In this document: piece after piece, positions 11,790 through 23,344 of the stretch
Position numbering within the stretch: the stretch's first letter is position 1
Layout: each line of letters opens with the position of its first letter
Assembly: GCF_963921235.1 (NCBI RefSeq)
Contig: NC_086108.1
Coordinates: forward strand, 10,664,001 to 10,728,000
From: Mobula hypostoma
Taxonomy: Eukaryota
Direction of reading: 5' to 3'
DNA: 64,000 bases
Translations under genes and position numbers: made by a program
The notes under the pieces: generated by a model
Told to the model about the DNA's origin: nothing
Seen by the model: the letters and a program-made list of their open reading frames with translations, nothing else
Database searches by the model: none

Positions 11790-13214
11790 CTGCCCTTATG
11801 GCAAAGAAAATACAATAACATTCTTGCTTTCATCGGGTCTGGTTTATCTTCTATTGCAATGTTTATAATGTAAAATTTGTCCCCGTTATTTTGGTTGATT
11901 ATTTGAAAGCCCAAATTGTGTTGGCATCTCTCTTTCAAGGACTCCTTACAAGGCATGCTCTCAGTATTATTTTTTGCCCATATTGTCTTCTAAGTTTTTT
12001 TTTGTCAGTCTTTGTTTATCTATCATTTTTCATCAAATCAAACGTGTTTCTTTATTTTTCTTGAACATGTCTGTAAGAAAATGAATCTCAGGATTGTATA
12101 TGGTAACGTGCATGTACTTTAAAATAAATTTACTTTGAACTTTGGACTTTGCTACGTGATGTAGACTCTCACTTGATGCACACAGTTCATTCAACCAGTC
12201 ATGAATACAGCCAAACGAAACAGCGATCCCCTGGAGCCAAATTGCAAAACATACACAGCACATTCAAAATAGTGAGCAACAAAATATAGTCATACAAAAA
12301 AATACATATATTATTTAGTCCAAGACCTTGAGTGACATGTCCTGCAAATTGATTGTACAGCCACTGCAATCCAGCCTGTCATTCCACTGATTGAACACTG
12401 GGAGGCAGCACCAACAGGAGAGGCCAGCCCCAAAACAAGAAGGGATGCCACACTATACTGCCTCTGACGTCTCTGCCCTGGACTGAAGCAGCAGGCAAGC
12501 CCATGGCTTGAGCTCTAGTTCCCGCTACAACTGAGGCTACACAGCTCTCGTGCTGCCTGTCACCCCACCAAACAAGGGAAACAGGCCGAAAGCTTCTGAC
12601 ACTATCAATGCCAACAGGGTCTTGTGATTGCAAGAGAAATGATCCTAATGAGCATCTAGTTTGCTTCATAGGTAAAGGGGCTGAATGGCACGGTTGCTGT
12701 ACATTAAACATCTTTGCTATAATTATGCCTCCTGCTGTCTCTCTATACTTAGGGTTAGGGTTAGACCATAACCCATGGTTTATACTGACCATGGAGAGCA
12801 TTCTGACTGGCTGCATCGCCATTAGGTTAGGTACCTCTGCACAGGGTTGAAATAAGCTACAGAAAGTTCACGGGAATAATCGGATGGCAGAGGGGAAGAA
12901 GCCGTTCCTGAATTGTTGAGTGTGTGCCTTCAGGCTTTTGTTCCTCCTTCCTGATGGTAGCAATGAGAAGAAACATAGAAACATAGAAAATAGGTGCAGG
13001 AGTAGGCCATTCGGCCCTTCGAGCCTGCACTGCCATTCAGTGCGATCATGGCTGATCATCCAACTCAGAACCCTATACCTGTCTTCTCTCCATACCCCCT
13101 GATCCCTTTAGCCACAAGGGCCTTATCTAACTCCCTCTTAAATATAGCCAATGAACTGGCCTCAACTGTTTCCTGTGGCAGGGAATTCCACAGATTCACC
13201 ACTCTCTGTGTGAA

Positions 13215-13401
13215 GGAACACTCACAATGAGCTGGAGGAACTCAGCAGATCAGTCAGCATCAGTTGAAAAGATTAGTCGACGTTTCGGGCCGAAACCCTT
13301 CGTCAGGACTGATGCTAATGCTGACGGACTGACCTGCTGAGTTCCTCCAGCGCATTGTGAGTGTTCCTTTGACAACAGCATCTGCAGATTATTTTGTGTT
13401 A
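13215..13401. mobile_element. Palindromic PLE-derived mini-element inserted in the young CR1
   Basis: 12-bp TSD tctctgtgtgaa (13203-13214 / 13402-13413); inverted arms ggaacactcacaatg...cattgtgagtgttcc. Confidence 0.85.
13275..13310 (-). ncRNA. Intact minimal type I hammerhead ribozyme motif
   Basis: Minus strand AGUC-CUGACGA-A-GGGU-UUCG-GCCC-GAAA-CGUC-GACU: full core, stem I AGUC/GACU, stem II with UUCG loop, palindromic ACGU helix III, GUC site. Confidence 0.75.
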
Positions 13402-15089
13402 TCTCTGTGTGAAATAGTTTTTCCTTACCTCGGTCCTAAAAGGCTTCCCCTTTATCCTCAAACTGTGACCTCTCATTCTGGACTTCCCCAACATCGGGAA
13501 CAATCTTCCTTCATCTAGCCTGTCCAATCCCTTTAGAATTTTATACGTTTCAATAAGATCCCCCTCAATCTTCTAAATTCCAGAGAGTATAAGCCTAGTC
13601 GATCCAGTCTTTCATCATATGAAAGTCCTGCCATCCCAGGAATCAATCTGGTGAACCTTTGTACCCCCTCTATGGCAAGAATGTCTTTCCTCAGATTAGG
13701 GGACCAAAACTGCACACAATACTCCAGGTGTGGTCTCACCAAGACCTTGTACAACTGCAGTAGTACCTCCCTGCTCCTGTACTCAAATCCTCTCGCTATA
13801 AATGCCAGCATACCATTCACCTTTTTCACCGCCTGCTGTACCTGCATGCCCACTTTCAATGACTGGTGTACAATGACACCCAGGTCTCGTTGCACCTCCC
13901 CTTTTCCTAATCGGCCACGATTCAGATAATAATCTGTTTTCCTGTTCTTGCCACCAAAGTGGATAACCTCACATTTATCCACATTAAATTGCATCTGCCA
14001 TGAATTTGCCCACTCACCTAACCTATCCAAGTCACCCTGCATCCTCTTAGCATCCTCCTCACAGCTAACACTGCCACCCAGTTTCGTGTCATCCGCAAAC
14101 TTGGAGATGATGCATTTAACTCCCTCATCCAAGTCATTAATATATATTGTAAACAACTGGGGTCCCAGCACTGAGCTTTGCGGTACCCCCCACTACTCAC
14201 TGCCTGCCATTCTGAAAAGGTCCTGTTTATTCCCACTCTTTGCTTCCTGTCTGCCAACCAATTCTCTATCCACATCAATACCTTACCCCCAATACCATGT
14301 GCTTTAAGTTTGCACACTAATCTCCTGTGTGGGACCTTGTCAAAAGCCTTTTGAAAATCCAAATATACTACATCCACTGGTTCTCCCCTATCCACTCTAC
14401 TAGTTACATCCTCAAAAAATTCTATGAGATTCGTCAGACATGATTTTCCTTTCACAAATCCATGCTGACTTTGTCTGATGATCTCACCGCTTTCCAAATG
14501 TGCTGTTATCACATCTTTGACAACTGACTCCAGCAGTTTCCCCACCACCGATGTCAGGCTAACCGGTCTATAATTCCCCGGTTTCTCTCTCCCTCCCTTT
14601 TTAAAAAGTGGGGTTACATTAGCCACCCTCCAATCCTCAGGAACTAATCCAGAATCTAAAGAGTTTTAAAAAATTATCACTAATGCATCCACTATTTCTT
14701 GGGCTACTTCCTTAAGCACTTTGGGATGCAGACCATCTGGCCCTGGGGATTTATCTGCCTTTAATCCCTTCAATTTACCTAACACCACTTCCCTACTAAC
14801 ATGTATTTCGCTCAGTTCCTCCATCTCACTGGACCCTGTGTCCCCTACTATTTCTGGAAGATTATTTATGTCCTCCTTAGTGAAGACAGAACCAAAGTAA
14901 TTATTCAATTGGTCTGCCATGTCCTTGCTCCCCATAATCAATTCACCTGTTTCTGTCTGTAGGGGACCTACATTTGTCTTTACCAGTCTTTTCCTTTTTA
15001 CATATCTATAAAAGCTTTTACAGTCAGTTTTTATGTTTCCTGCCAGCTTTCTCTCATAATCTTTTTTCCCCTTCCTAATTAAGCCCTTT

Positions 15090-16270
15090 GTTCTGGGTGA
15101 TGGGGATCCTTTTTGAGGCATCATTTCTTGAGGATGTCCTGGATACTACAAAGATTAGTGATGGAGCTGACTAAATTTACAACCATCTGCAGTTTACTTT
15201 GATCCTGTGCTGTAGCCTCCTGCATACCAGACAGTGATGCACCCAGTTAGAAAGCTCTCCACAGTACATCTGTAGAAATTTAAGTGTTTTAGGTGACAAA
15301 CCAAATCTTCTCAAACTCCTAATGAAATGTAGCCACCGTCTTGCCTTCTTTGTAGTTACATCGGTATGTTGGAATCAGGTTAGATCCTCAGAGATATTGA
15401 AACCCAGGAGCTTGAAATTGCGCACTCTCTCCACTTCTGATCCCTCTATAAGGACTGGTCCGTGTGTGTTCCCTCGTCTTATCCTTTAGCCTTACTGATA
15501 TTGAGTGCAAGGTTGCTGCTGTGACACCACTCAACTACCTGAAATATCCTGCTCCTGTACGGCCTCTCAGCACCATTTGAAATTCTGCTAACAATGGTTA
15601 TATCGTCAGCAAATTTATTTGAGCCACACAGTCATGGGTATAGAGAGAGTAGAGCAGTGGGCTAAACACATGCCCCTGAGGGCATTAGTGTTGATTGTCA
15701 GTGAGGAGGATATGTTATCGCCAATCCGCACAGACTGTGGTCTTCCAGTTAGGAAGCTGAGGATCCAGTTGCAAACGGAGGTACAGACGACTAGGTTCTG
15801 CAGCTTTTTAATCAGAATTGTTGGAATGATTGTATTGAACACCAAGCCGTAATCAATAAACAGCATCCTGACGTAGGTATCTGTATTGTCCAGGGCTGCG
15901 TGACGAGCCAGTGAGATTGCATCCACGGCAGACCTATTGTGGTGATAGGCAAACTGCAGTGGATCCAGGTCCTTGCTGAGACAGCAGGAAGTTCAAGCCA
16001 TAACCAACATCTCAAAGCACCTCATCAGCATAGATGTGAGTGCTACTGGACAATACTCATCAAGGTAGAGCACCCTGTTGTCCTAGGGCACTGGTATAAT
16101 TGTTGCACTTCAGCAGGTGGGAACTCCTGACCGTAGCACTGAGGTTGAAAATGTCTCTGAATACTCCCACTGGTTGATTGACTCAGGTTTTCAGAGCCCC
16201 ACGAGGTACTCCAGCGGGCCCTGTAGCCTTGCAAGGTTTCACCCGACAGCCTGATGTCAGCCTCTGAGAC
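15090..16270 (-). mobile_element. Rex1/Babar LINE RT remnant
   Basis: ORF 15615-15926 [11 protein letters not shown]...YVRMLFIDY...[18 protein letters not shown]; continues to 3' part at ~12870-12967. Confidence 0.85.
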
Positions 16271-16619
16271 TGAGATCGCAAGGAGGGGAGAGGGTATCAG
16301 GAGAGTGGAGGGTGGGTACCAGGATGGAAGCGGAGGGTAGGAAAAAGGAGGACAGGTGTGGCTGGAGGGAAGTTAAACAAATGTATACTCCAAGATAATC
16401 AGGAAAAACACACACACACACACACACATACACACCCTCAAACTAACTCATAGAACATGGACCTTGCGGTCATCCCACAGATCATGTGACTACCTCTGAA
16501 TCATGTGACAGTCCAATCGATCACATGGGCATCCTGAGATCTTTAATTTTTCCTCTGAAGGGACAGCCAGGTCTGAGGGGCTGAATGGCCTTCCTCTGCT
16601 GCTGTTGTGTACCACTAAC

Positions 16620-16934
16620 CAAGCAGGTGGAGACTGCTTGCCACAGAGAACCCAGCACGTGAGCAGATGAGAATGACTTCCTTCTCAACGTGTAGTTCAG
16701 CAACATAAATGCTCCAATATTCATCGCCATGACGATAACAATAACATCAAACACTGCATCAAGGAACAAAGGGGCCCCACTGATAGGTGGTGAAAGAAAT
16801 ATTGGCATGTGAAGGTATATGATGAGTGCAGAGTGGCTACACACCAGAACCATCTGAATTATTGAACGGACCTGAAGGCTCTTTCTGCAGAGAATAGACA
16901 CAATGCATCTCCGATCCCACACAGACTGTGACTG
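16620..16934 (-). CDS. Putative SPATA9-like exon with two hydrophobic (TM-like) segments: QSQSVWDRRCIVSILCRK...SHSALIIYL...FDVIVIVMAMNIGAFMLL...AVSTCL
   Basis: Strong acceptor cttctcctttgctccgttctgtattcag|CAG (NAGNAG), 315-nt open frame within ORF 16521-16976, donor TTG|gttagt (alternative end 16613). Confidence 0.55.
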
Positions 16935-17259
16935 CTGAATACAGAACGGAGCAAAGGAGAAGCTCGTTTCTCTCACTGGCTTCTTGTAGTTAGTCCAGCC
17001 CCTGCATTCCTTCCATATCTCCCAGCAAACACTCCTTCCCCGGGAAGGTCACACCCTGATCTGAGGCATTGTCCCTTGCACCACACACAATCAATGTTCA
17101 CAGGAGTTAGGAAACTGGAATGGGCATTGGCTGGGAGGTGTCACCAAATCAGAGTCGGATTTAATATCACCAGCATACGTCACAAGTTTTTTTGTTTTTG
17201 TGGCAGTGGTACAAAGCTATACCTGTACATAATAATAGAGAAAAAAAACATTATATATA

Positions 17260-17990
17260 GTCATCTGTGAATATTTTACACTAGGTTTCCCATGAACATC
17301 CGGTGTGCTAAACAGGTTTCGAGGCAGCGGCCTTCCTTCTGTGATCCAGGCCAGTAGTAACGGCACTACTCGCCGGCCGTACGAGGTGACCGGTTACCCG
17401 AGGCTAACCATTGATCCCTGGCGCTAGGGTATCACTGCGCTTAGGCAGAATTCTGACTTAAAGGCTTTTAGGCATAACCTTGCAGGCGGTAGCTTCGCAC
17501 AGTTGGCTCCTCAGTCAAGTATATACACCTAATGTCCGAACCCCAGTGTGTGCGGTTCCTCTCGTACTGAGCAGGATTACTGTCGCAACAACACTTTATC
17601 AGTAGGGTAAAACTAGCCTGTCTCACGACGGTCTAAGCCCAGCTTGCGTTCCCCATTAGCGGGGAATTCTGGTGAATTCTGCTTCACAATGACAGGCAGA
17701 GCCGACATCGAAGGATCAAAAAGTGAGGTCACGATCAACGCTTGGCCGCCACAAGCCAGTTATCCCTCTGGTAACTCTTCTGACACCTCCTGCTTAAAAC
17801 CCAAAAGGTCAGAAGGTTCGTGAGGCTCCACTTCCGCGGTCCGTATTCTTGCTGAAATTCAAGATCAAGAGAGATTTTGCCTTTCCACCCAATGGAAGGT
17901 TTATGGGAGCTCTGTGGGAGCTCGACGTCCTCCCTGAACTCACAGCCGCATTAGGTGTACCGCTCCAGTCAAACTCCCCACGTGCCTGAT
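17260..17990 (-). pseudogene. Degenerate 28S rRNA fragment (3' portion, domains V-VI)
   Basis: Minus strand contains GGGGAGTTTGACTGG, GGGATAACTGGCTTGTGGCGGCCAAGCGTT, GATCCTTCGATGTCGGCTC, AGACCGTCGTGAGACAGG and sarcin-ricin loop AGTACGAGAGGAAC, with many substitutions and indels. Confidence 0.92.
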
Positions 17991-17994
17991 GGGG

Positions 17995-18745
17995 AGTTCC
18001 GTGCAGCTGCATGGCAGTGGAAGGAGGCAAGACTGAAGGAGTTAAGTTACGGGACAGCTACAAATACTTGCGGGGGGGGGTGGTGTGTGCTCGGGGTCCT
18101 GCAGGTGCATGGAAGCCACGATGAGGACTACAGGAGGGCTGCAACATCGAAGTACCTCCAAAGAGCGAGCCAGGTCCTAAAAAGCAAGCTGAATGGGAAG
18201 AACAAGATCAGAGACATCAACCAATTTGCCCTACCAGTTGTCAGGTATCCAGCCACAATAGCATGTTGGCCAAGGAACAAACTGGAAGCTGATGACTTTA
18301 AGGTCTGGAAACTACAAACAATTCATTCAGGATTCCGTCCAAGGTCCAACATCGAGCCAACCGACCAGACGTAGTAATACTGGGCAAGGAACTGAAGAAA
18401 GCAATCATGATACAGATGTAGCAATCCTGAGTGACAGTAACATCAGGAAGAAAGAATATGAGAAGCTGGAGAAATACCAGGGCTTGAAAGAACAGATAGA
18501 AAGGATGTGGAGGGTCAAAGCCAGAGTAATCCCGGTGGTGATAGGAGCACCTGGAACTGTGACACGTGCACTGGGAGAGCGGCTTCAACAAATCCCGGGA
18601 ACACCTGAGATCTCAGTCCAGAAGAGCGCACCCTAGGAACAGCGAGGATATTGTGTTGAACCCTTAACCTCCCAGGCTTCTGGGAGACGACCCGAAATGG
18701 AGGAAAAATACACATACACACCACCCTTAAGGGGTGAGAAAAAAA
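17995..18745 (+). mobile_element. R4/Dong-clade (restriction-like endonuclease) non-LTR retrotransposon, 5'-truncated and internally deleted
   Basis: YKYL, VLKSKLNGKNKIRDINQFALPVVRY, DVAILSDSNIRKKEYEKLEKYQGLKEQIERMW, VIPVVIGA, ISVQKSA; ends in A-run then (TA)-rich tract. Confidence 0.8.
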
Positions 18746-19278
18746 TATATATTTACATATATATGGTGAATCTGTAGAATTCATTGCCACTGGTGACTAT
18801 GGAGACCAAATCACTGGGTATACTCAAGGCAGAGGTTGATAGACTCTTGATTAGTCAGGGCATGAAGAGATACAGAGGAGAGGGCAGAAAACTGGGGCTG
18901 AGAGGGAAAATAGATCAGCCAAGATGAAATAGCCAAGCAGACTAATTCTGCTCCTATATCTTATGGTATATATTTTAAAAAATTAAATTAAGTAAGTAGA
19001 GCAAAAATTTAAAAAAATTTAAAAAAATTTAAAAAGTAGTGAGGTACTGTTCATGACTTCAATGCCATTCAGAAATCTGATGGTAGAACTGAGAACAAGG
19101 CATGACCTCGGTAATGGGGTTCCTTAATGATGGATGCCATCTTTTTGAGGCATTGCTCCTTGAAGATGTCCTGAATGTTGGGGAGGATAGTGTCCATGAT
19201 GGAGCTGAATAAGTTCACAGTTTTTGGACTTACGTTGGTCCCGTGTAGTAGCACCCACCCCTTCCCATACCAGACAGA

Positions 19279-19578
19279 GATTGGTTGGGAGATGTCACCT
19301 AATGAGGATTGGTTCGGAGATGTCACCTAATGGGGATTGGCTGGGAGATGTCACCTAATGGGGATTGGTTGGGAGATGTCACCTAATGGGGATTGGTTCG
19401 GAGATGTCACCTAATGGGGATTGGCTGGGAGATGTCACCTAATGGGGATTGGTTCGGAGATGTCACCTAATGGGGATTGGTTGGGAGATGTCACCTAATG
19501 GGGATTGGTTCGGAGATGTCACCTAATGGGGATTGGTTCGGAGATGTCACCTAATGGGGATTGGCTGGGAGATGTCAC
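19279..19578. repeat. 28-bp minisatellite (~10.7 copies)
   Basis: Unit ggggattggtt(c/g)ggagatgtcacctaat; period 28 (gatg at 19291, 19319...). Confidence 0.95.
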
Positions 19579-19989
19579 TTGTTCTTATCTGAGAGCAGGA
19601 CCAACCAGACGTGTCACCCCTTCTCTTAAAGGGAATGGGACACGGGGCATCAGATGGCAAATATTGGCCACCCTCTTCAGACACAGGGCCCAAATGTATC
19701 AAATGTAAATGTATTTTTTCAGCAATACAGTATGGAGGAGGGCCTTCTGGCCTTTTGAGCTATGCTGCCCCAGCACTCCCCACAACACTGATTAATCATG
19801 GGGCAATTTACAGTGGCCAGTTAAATCACCTGGTACATTTTTAGGCTGTGGGAGGAAACTGGAGCACCACGCATTCCACAGGGAGGATTTACAGAGAATG
19901 GCACCAGAATCGAGCTCCAAACTCCAGAATGCCTCGCCCTATCCGATGCACTACCATCTGCAAGAAACAACACCTCGCTCCAGAGTTAC

Positions 19990-20062
19990 CTTAGGCCTCA
20001 GTAACCGGTTCAGCTCAGTGGCCTGGGTTCTGACACTTGTGTCAAGTTTCGACATCGCTGCT
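19990..20062 (-). CDS. Putative SPATA9-like exon: (R)AAMSKLDTSVRTQATELNRLLRPK
   Basis: Acceptor ccctgtacag|, donor AAG|gtaact; only one open frame, phase 2 to 0. Confidence 0.55.
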
Positions 20063-21129
20063 CTGTACAGGGTCAGGATGGGGGATGGGAGTGGGAAACT
20101 GGCTCACAGAGGAAACCCTCAGATGGGATCCTTCACATCCAGATTGTCCTGTGTGTCTGTGTCTCCCACATAGTAGTGCCCACGGGGGGGTGGCGACACC
20201 ACGTTCACAGTCAGGTGAAAAACAGAGGCCTATCGAGTGTTAGCCATAGGTCTTCACATTGAACAGATCTGGATGGCTGATATGATCTCTTAGAGTTCAT
20301 GCGGTTCTGAATGACTGAGACAGTTCACTCTACCCTGTAGCCACCACTGTCAACACTGGAATAAAGATCACTCCATCGAGTCTGCCCTGCCATTTCATCA
20401 TGACTGATCCATTTCCCTCTCAGCCCCAATATCCTGTCTACTCCCCATATCCCTTCACACCCTGGCCAATCAAGAATTTACCCTAACTCTACCCAAAGAC
20501 GGCCTGTTGCAATGAATTCCATGCATTTACCACTCTTTGGCTAAAGAAATTCCTCCTCCTATCCATTCTCAATGGACATCCCTCTATTCTGAGGCTGTGT
20601 CCTCTGGTCTTAGACTCTCCCATCATAGGAAACATCCTCTCCACATCCACTCTATCAAGGCTTTCTGGTCTCATCAACTCCTCAGGCATTTCTGTTACTT
20701 ACTCTTTAAGGTCTTGCATAGTTCTTTCTGCCAGTAAGTGCCCTCGCCCCCAGTGCAGCTCATCTGAACTGCCCATCCTCTACATGCCTCCCTTTCCCGC
20801 ATCTCCTCATCACCCATCTACACCACTGAGCTTTCTGGAGCCAACTCGGGAAAACACTGAGTGAAGCTAATTAAACACAGGAGATGCTGGAAATGTTGAG
20901 AAACAAACACACAAAATGCTGGAGGAACTCAGCAAGTCAGGCAGAGTGTATGGAACGGAATTAAACAGTTGATGCTTTGAGGCGGGTCACTATAGGTGTT
21001 GCCTGACTTGTTGAGTTCCTTCAGCTTTTAGTGTAAGAAAATAGTTGCGTACTCTTTTTTTCCCTCCGACGACTGACTATGTAGTGCCCCCCTTGTGATT
21101 CTGGGGTACCTCTGATGGCTGTGTACCTT

Positions 21130-21625
21130 AATGGAACAGAGTATTGAGTACAGAGGTTGTGTTGTCCTGTTGAAATTGTTTAAGACCTTGGTGAAACCTA
21201 ATTTGGATTATTGTGTGCAGTTTTGGTCACCTATCTACAAGAAGGATGTAAGTAAGGTTGAAAAGTACAGAGAAAATTTACAAGGATGTTGCTGGGACTT
21301 GAGGATCTGAGTTACAGGGCAAGGTTGAATAGGTTAGGACCTTATTCCTTGGAATATAGAAGATTGAGGGGAGATTTAATAAAGGTATGCAAAATTATGA
21401 GAGGTATAGATAGGGTAAGTGCAAACAGGCTTTTTCCACTGAAGTTGGATGGGACTAAAATAGAGGTCATAGGTTGAGAGTGAAAGGTGAAATGTTTAAT
21501 GGGAACCTGAGGGGGAACTTCTTACTCAGAGTGGTGAGAGTGTGGAATGAGCTGCCTGTGAGCTGCATGGACTAGATGGACTGAAGGGCAAGTTCTTAAG
21601 CTGTGGTGTTCTGTGAATCTATGAG
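21130..21625 (+). mobile_element. CR1 LINE 3' fragment
   Basis: ORF 21286-21477 LEDLSYRARLNRLG...RRLRGDLI. Confidence 0.8.
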
Positions 21626-21704
21626 GTCTTGTCGTCAGGACCCACATCATTGATCTGTACTGAGTGCCACAGATGAGTGGCCAGTGGTTAGACTACTCCC
21701 ACAC

Positions 21705-21739
21705 CTCTGCAGTATCTGCACCAGCTCCCGTGCCAATAT
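21705..21739 (-). CDS. Putative SPATA9-like micro-exon: ILARELVQILQ(R)
   Basis: Acceptor attccttcag|, donor AG|gtgtgg; phase 0 to 2. Confidence 0.5.
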
Positions 21740-22199
21740 CTGAAGGAATAGTCATGAAATATTCTGGATTACACTGGCAGACTGCCAAGAGAGAACTTCT
21801 ATGTAAACTTGACTGGAGTGTATAAATCTAACAGGCTCTCAGCTGCCATTGCATTCACCCTGTTTGCTTCAATCCTAATATGATGTAAATCAATAGCTTC
21901 CATAGATTGAGATATTCAGAACAACCTCTATCCTGGGCCAGTAGGCAAATTTTCCAATTTGAAAACCCATTGTCAGCAGCCTTGAAATGCTATTAAACCG
22001 TCAACAAGTTTGAAGTCTACAGACAGTGACTGATGATGAGCCAGGACAGGCCACATTGATGCTCCACACTGACCATTTGCAGCAGCACATCCATGGCAGA
22101 AAGTCCAAGGGGAGAGGGAGCTCAAATGTCAAAGTACAATGTGCGAGCTTCCACCACAAAAAATAGACAATTCCTTTCCTGCTGAGCTCCTCCAGCATA

Positions 22200-23335
22200 G
22201 ACATGAGAGATTCTACAGATGCTGGAAATCCTGAGCAACAGACACAAAATGTCAGAGGAACTCAGCAGGTCAGGCAGCGTCCATAGAGGGGAATAAACAG
22301 TCAATGTTTTGGGCTGAGACCCTGGCTTCTTTCCATCTTCCTTTTCAGTCGTGATGAAAGGTTTCAGCCCAAAACGTCTTCTGTTTATTCCTCTCCACAG
22401 ATGCTGCCTGACCTGTTCAGTTCCTCACAGACATTCCCAACTGAGGTCCACGGACCCCTCAGTTAATGGTAGGGGTCCGTGGCATAAAAAAGGTGGGGGA
22501 GGGGTAGGAGGCTAGCTGGAAGGTGATAGGTGAAGCCAGGGGGGGTGGGAAAGGTCAGAACGGGAGAAGAGGGAATTTGATAGGAGAGGAGAGTGGACAG
22601 GAGGAGAAAGGGAAGGAGGAGGGGACCCAGGGGGATGTAACAGGCAGTAATAGACATGGAGCATAGACCAGAACAGCACAGATACAGGCCTTTGGCCCAT
22701 GATGTTGTGTTGAACCAAATAAATTAGCAATCAATAGCCAACTAAGCTAATCATTTATGCCTACACAACGTCAATATCCTTCCATCGCCTTCACGTTCAT
22801 GTGCCTATCTATCACACTCCCCCTCCCACTAATCTCCCCCCAGGCACTTATCTCTGTGAGCAGTTTAAGTGCTACACCTTCCGATTCACCTCTTCCCTCA
22901 CTTCTTTTCAGGCCACAAACGGTCCTTCTGCATGAGGCAACACTTCACCTGCAAGTCTGCTGGGGTTGTCTATTGTGTGTTCGGATCCTGATGTAGCCTC
23001 TCCTACATTGGTGAGACCCGTCATAAATTAGGGGACCTCTGCGTCACCTGCCACAAGCAGGACTTCCTAATGGCCAAACATTTTAATTCCCATTCCCGTT
23101 TCTGTTATGATGTGTCGATCCATGACCAAGATGAGGCCACCCTCAGGGTAGAGGAGAAACCCTTTATATTCTATTTGGGTATCGTCCAACCCGATGGCAT
23201 GAATATCAATTTCTCCTTCCAGTGAACAAATTTCCCTCCCAAACTTCCTCTATTCCCCTCTCTGACCTTTCACTTCTTCTAATCTGCCTATTATTTCCCC
23301 CTGGGTCCCCTCCTCCTTCCTTTTTTCCTCTTTTT
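22200..23335. mobile_element. Cluster of PLE remnants incl. palindromic mini-element (22200-22430) and GIY-YIG endonuclease remnant (~22900-23225, +)
   Basis: Decayed VYCV...YIGETR and DEATLRVEEKPFIFYLGIVQPDGMNINFS; short hAT-like MITE ~22430-22500. Confidence 0.7.
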
Positions 23336-23344
23336 TAAAAATTT

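Larger units (their letters stand above)
12968..15090 (-). mobile_element. Young 5'-truncated CR1 LINE (frameshifted RT), inserted in a Rex1 element
   Basis: ORFs 14666-15124, 14018-14626, 13533-14171 with YRPVSLTS, YLDFQKAFDKVPH, SKFADD; (tttctatg)n tail; very similar to 47348-48877. Confidence 0.95.

Noticed and set aside
12749..12764. (TTAGGG)n interstitial telomeric repeat
   Set aside because: Under three units; too short to support.
16521..16976. GPCR TM6-TM7 or mucolipin-like interpretation of the hydrophobic ORF
   Set aside because: No further TM exons or family motifs found; similarity superficial.
17260..17990. Functional rDNA unit
   Set aside because: Partial, many indels in conserved regions, no 18S or 5.8S nearby.
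22074..22094. gccATGG start encoding MDVLLQM before a gtcagt donor
   Set aside because: Phase-compatible alternative first exon, but no further support and it would drop the upstream SPATA9-like segment; left unresolved.
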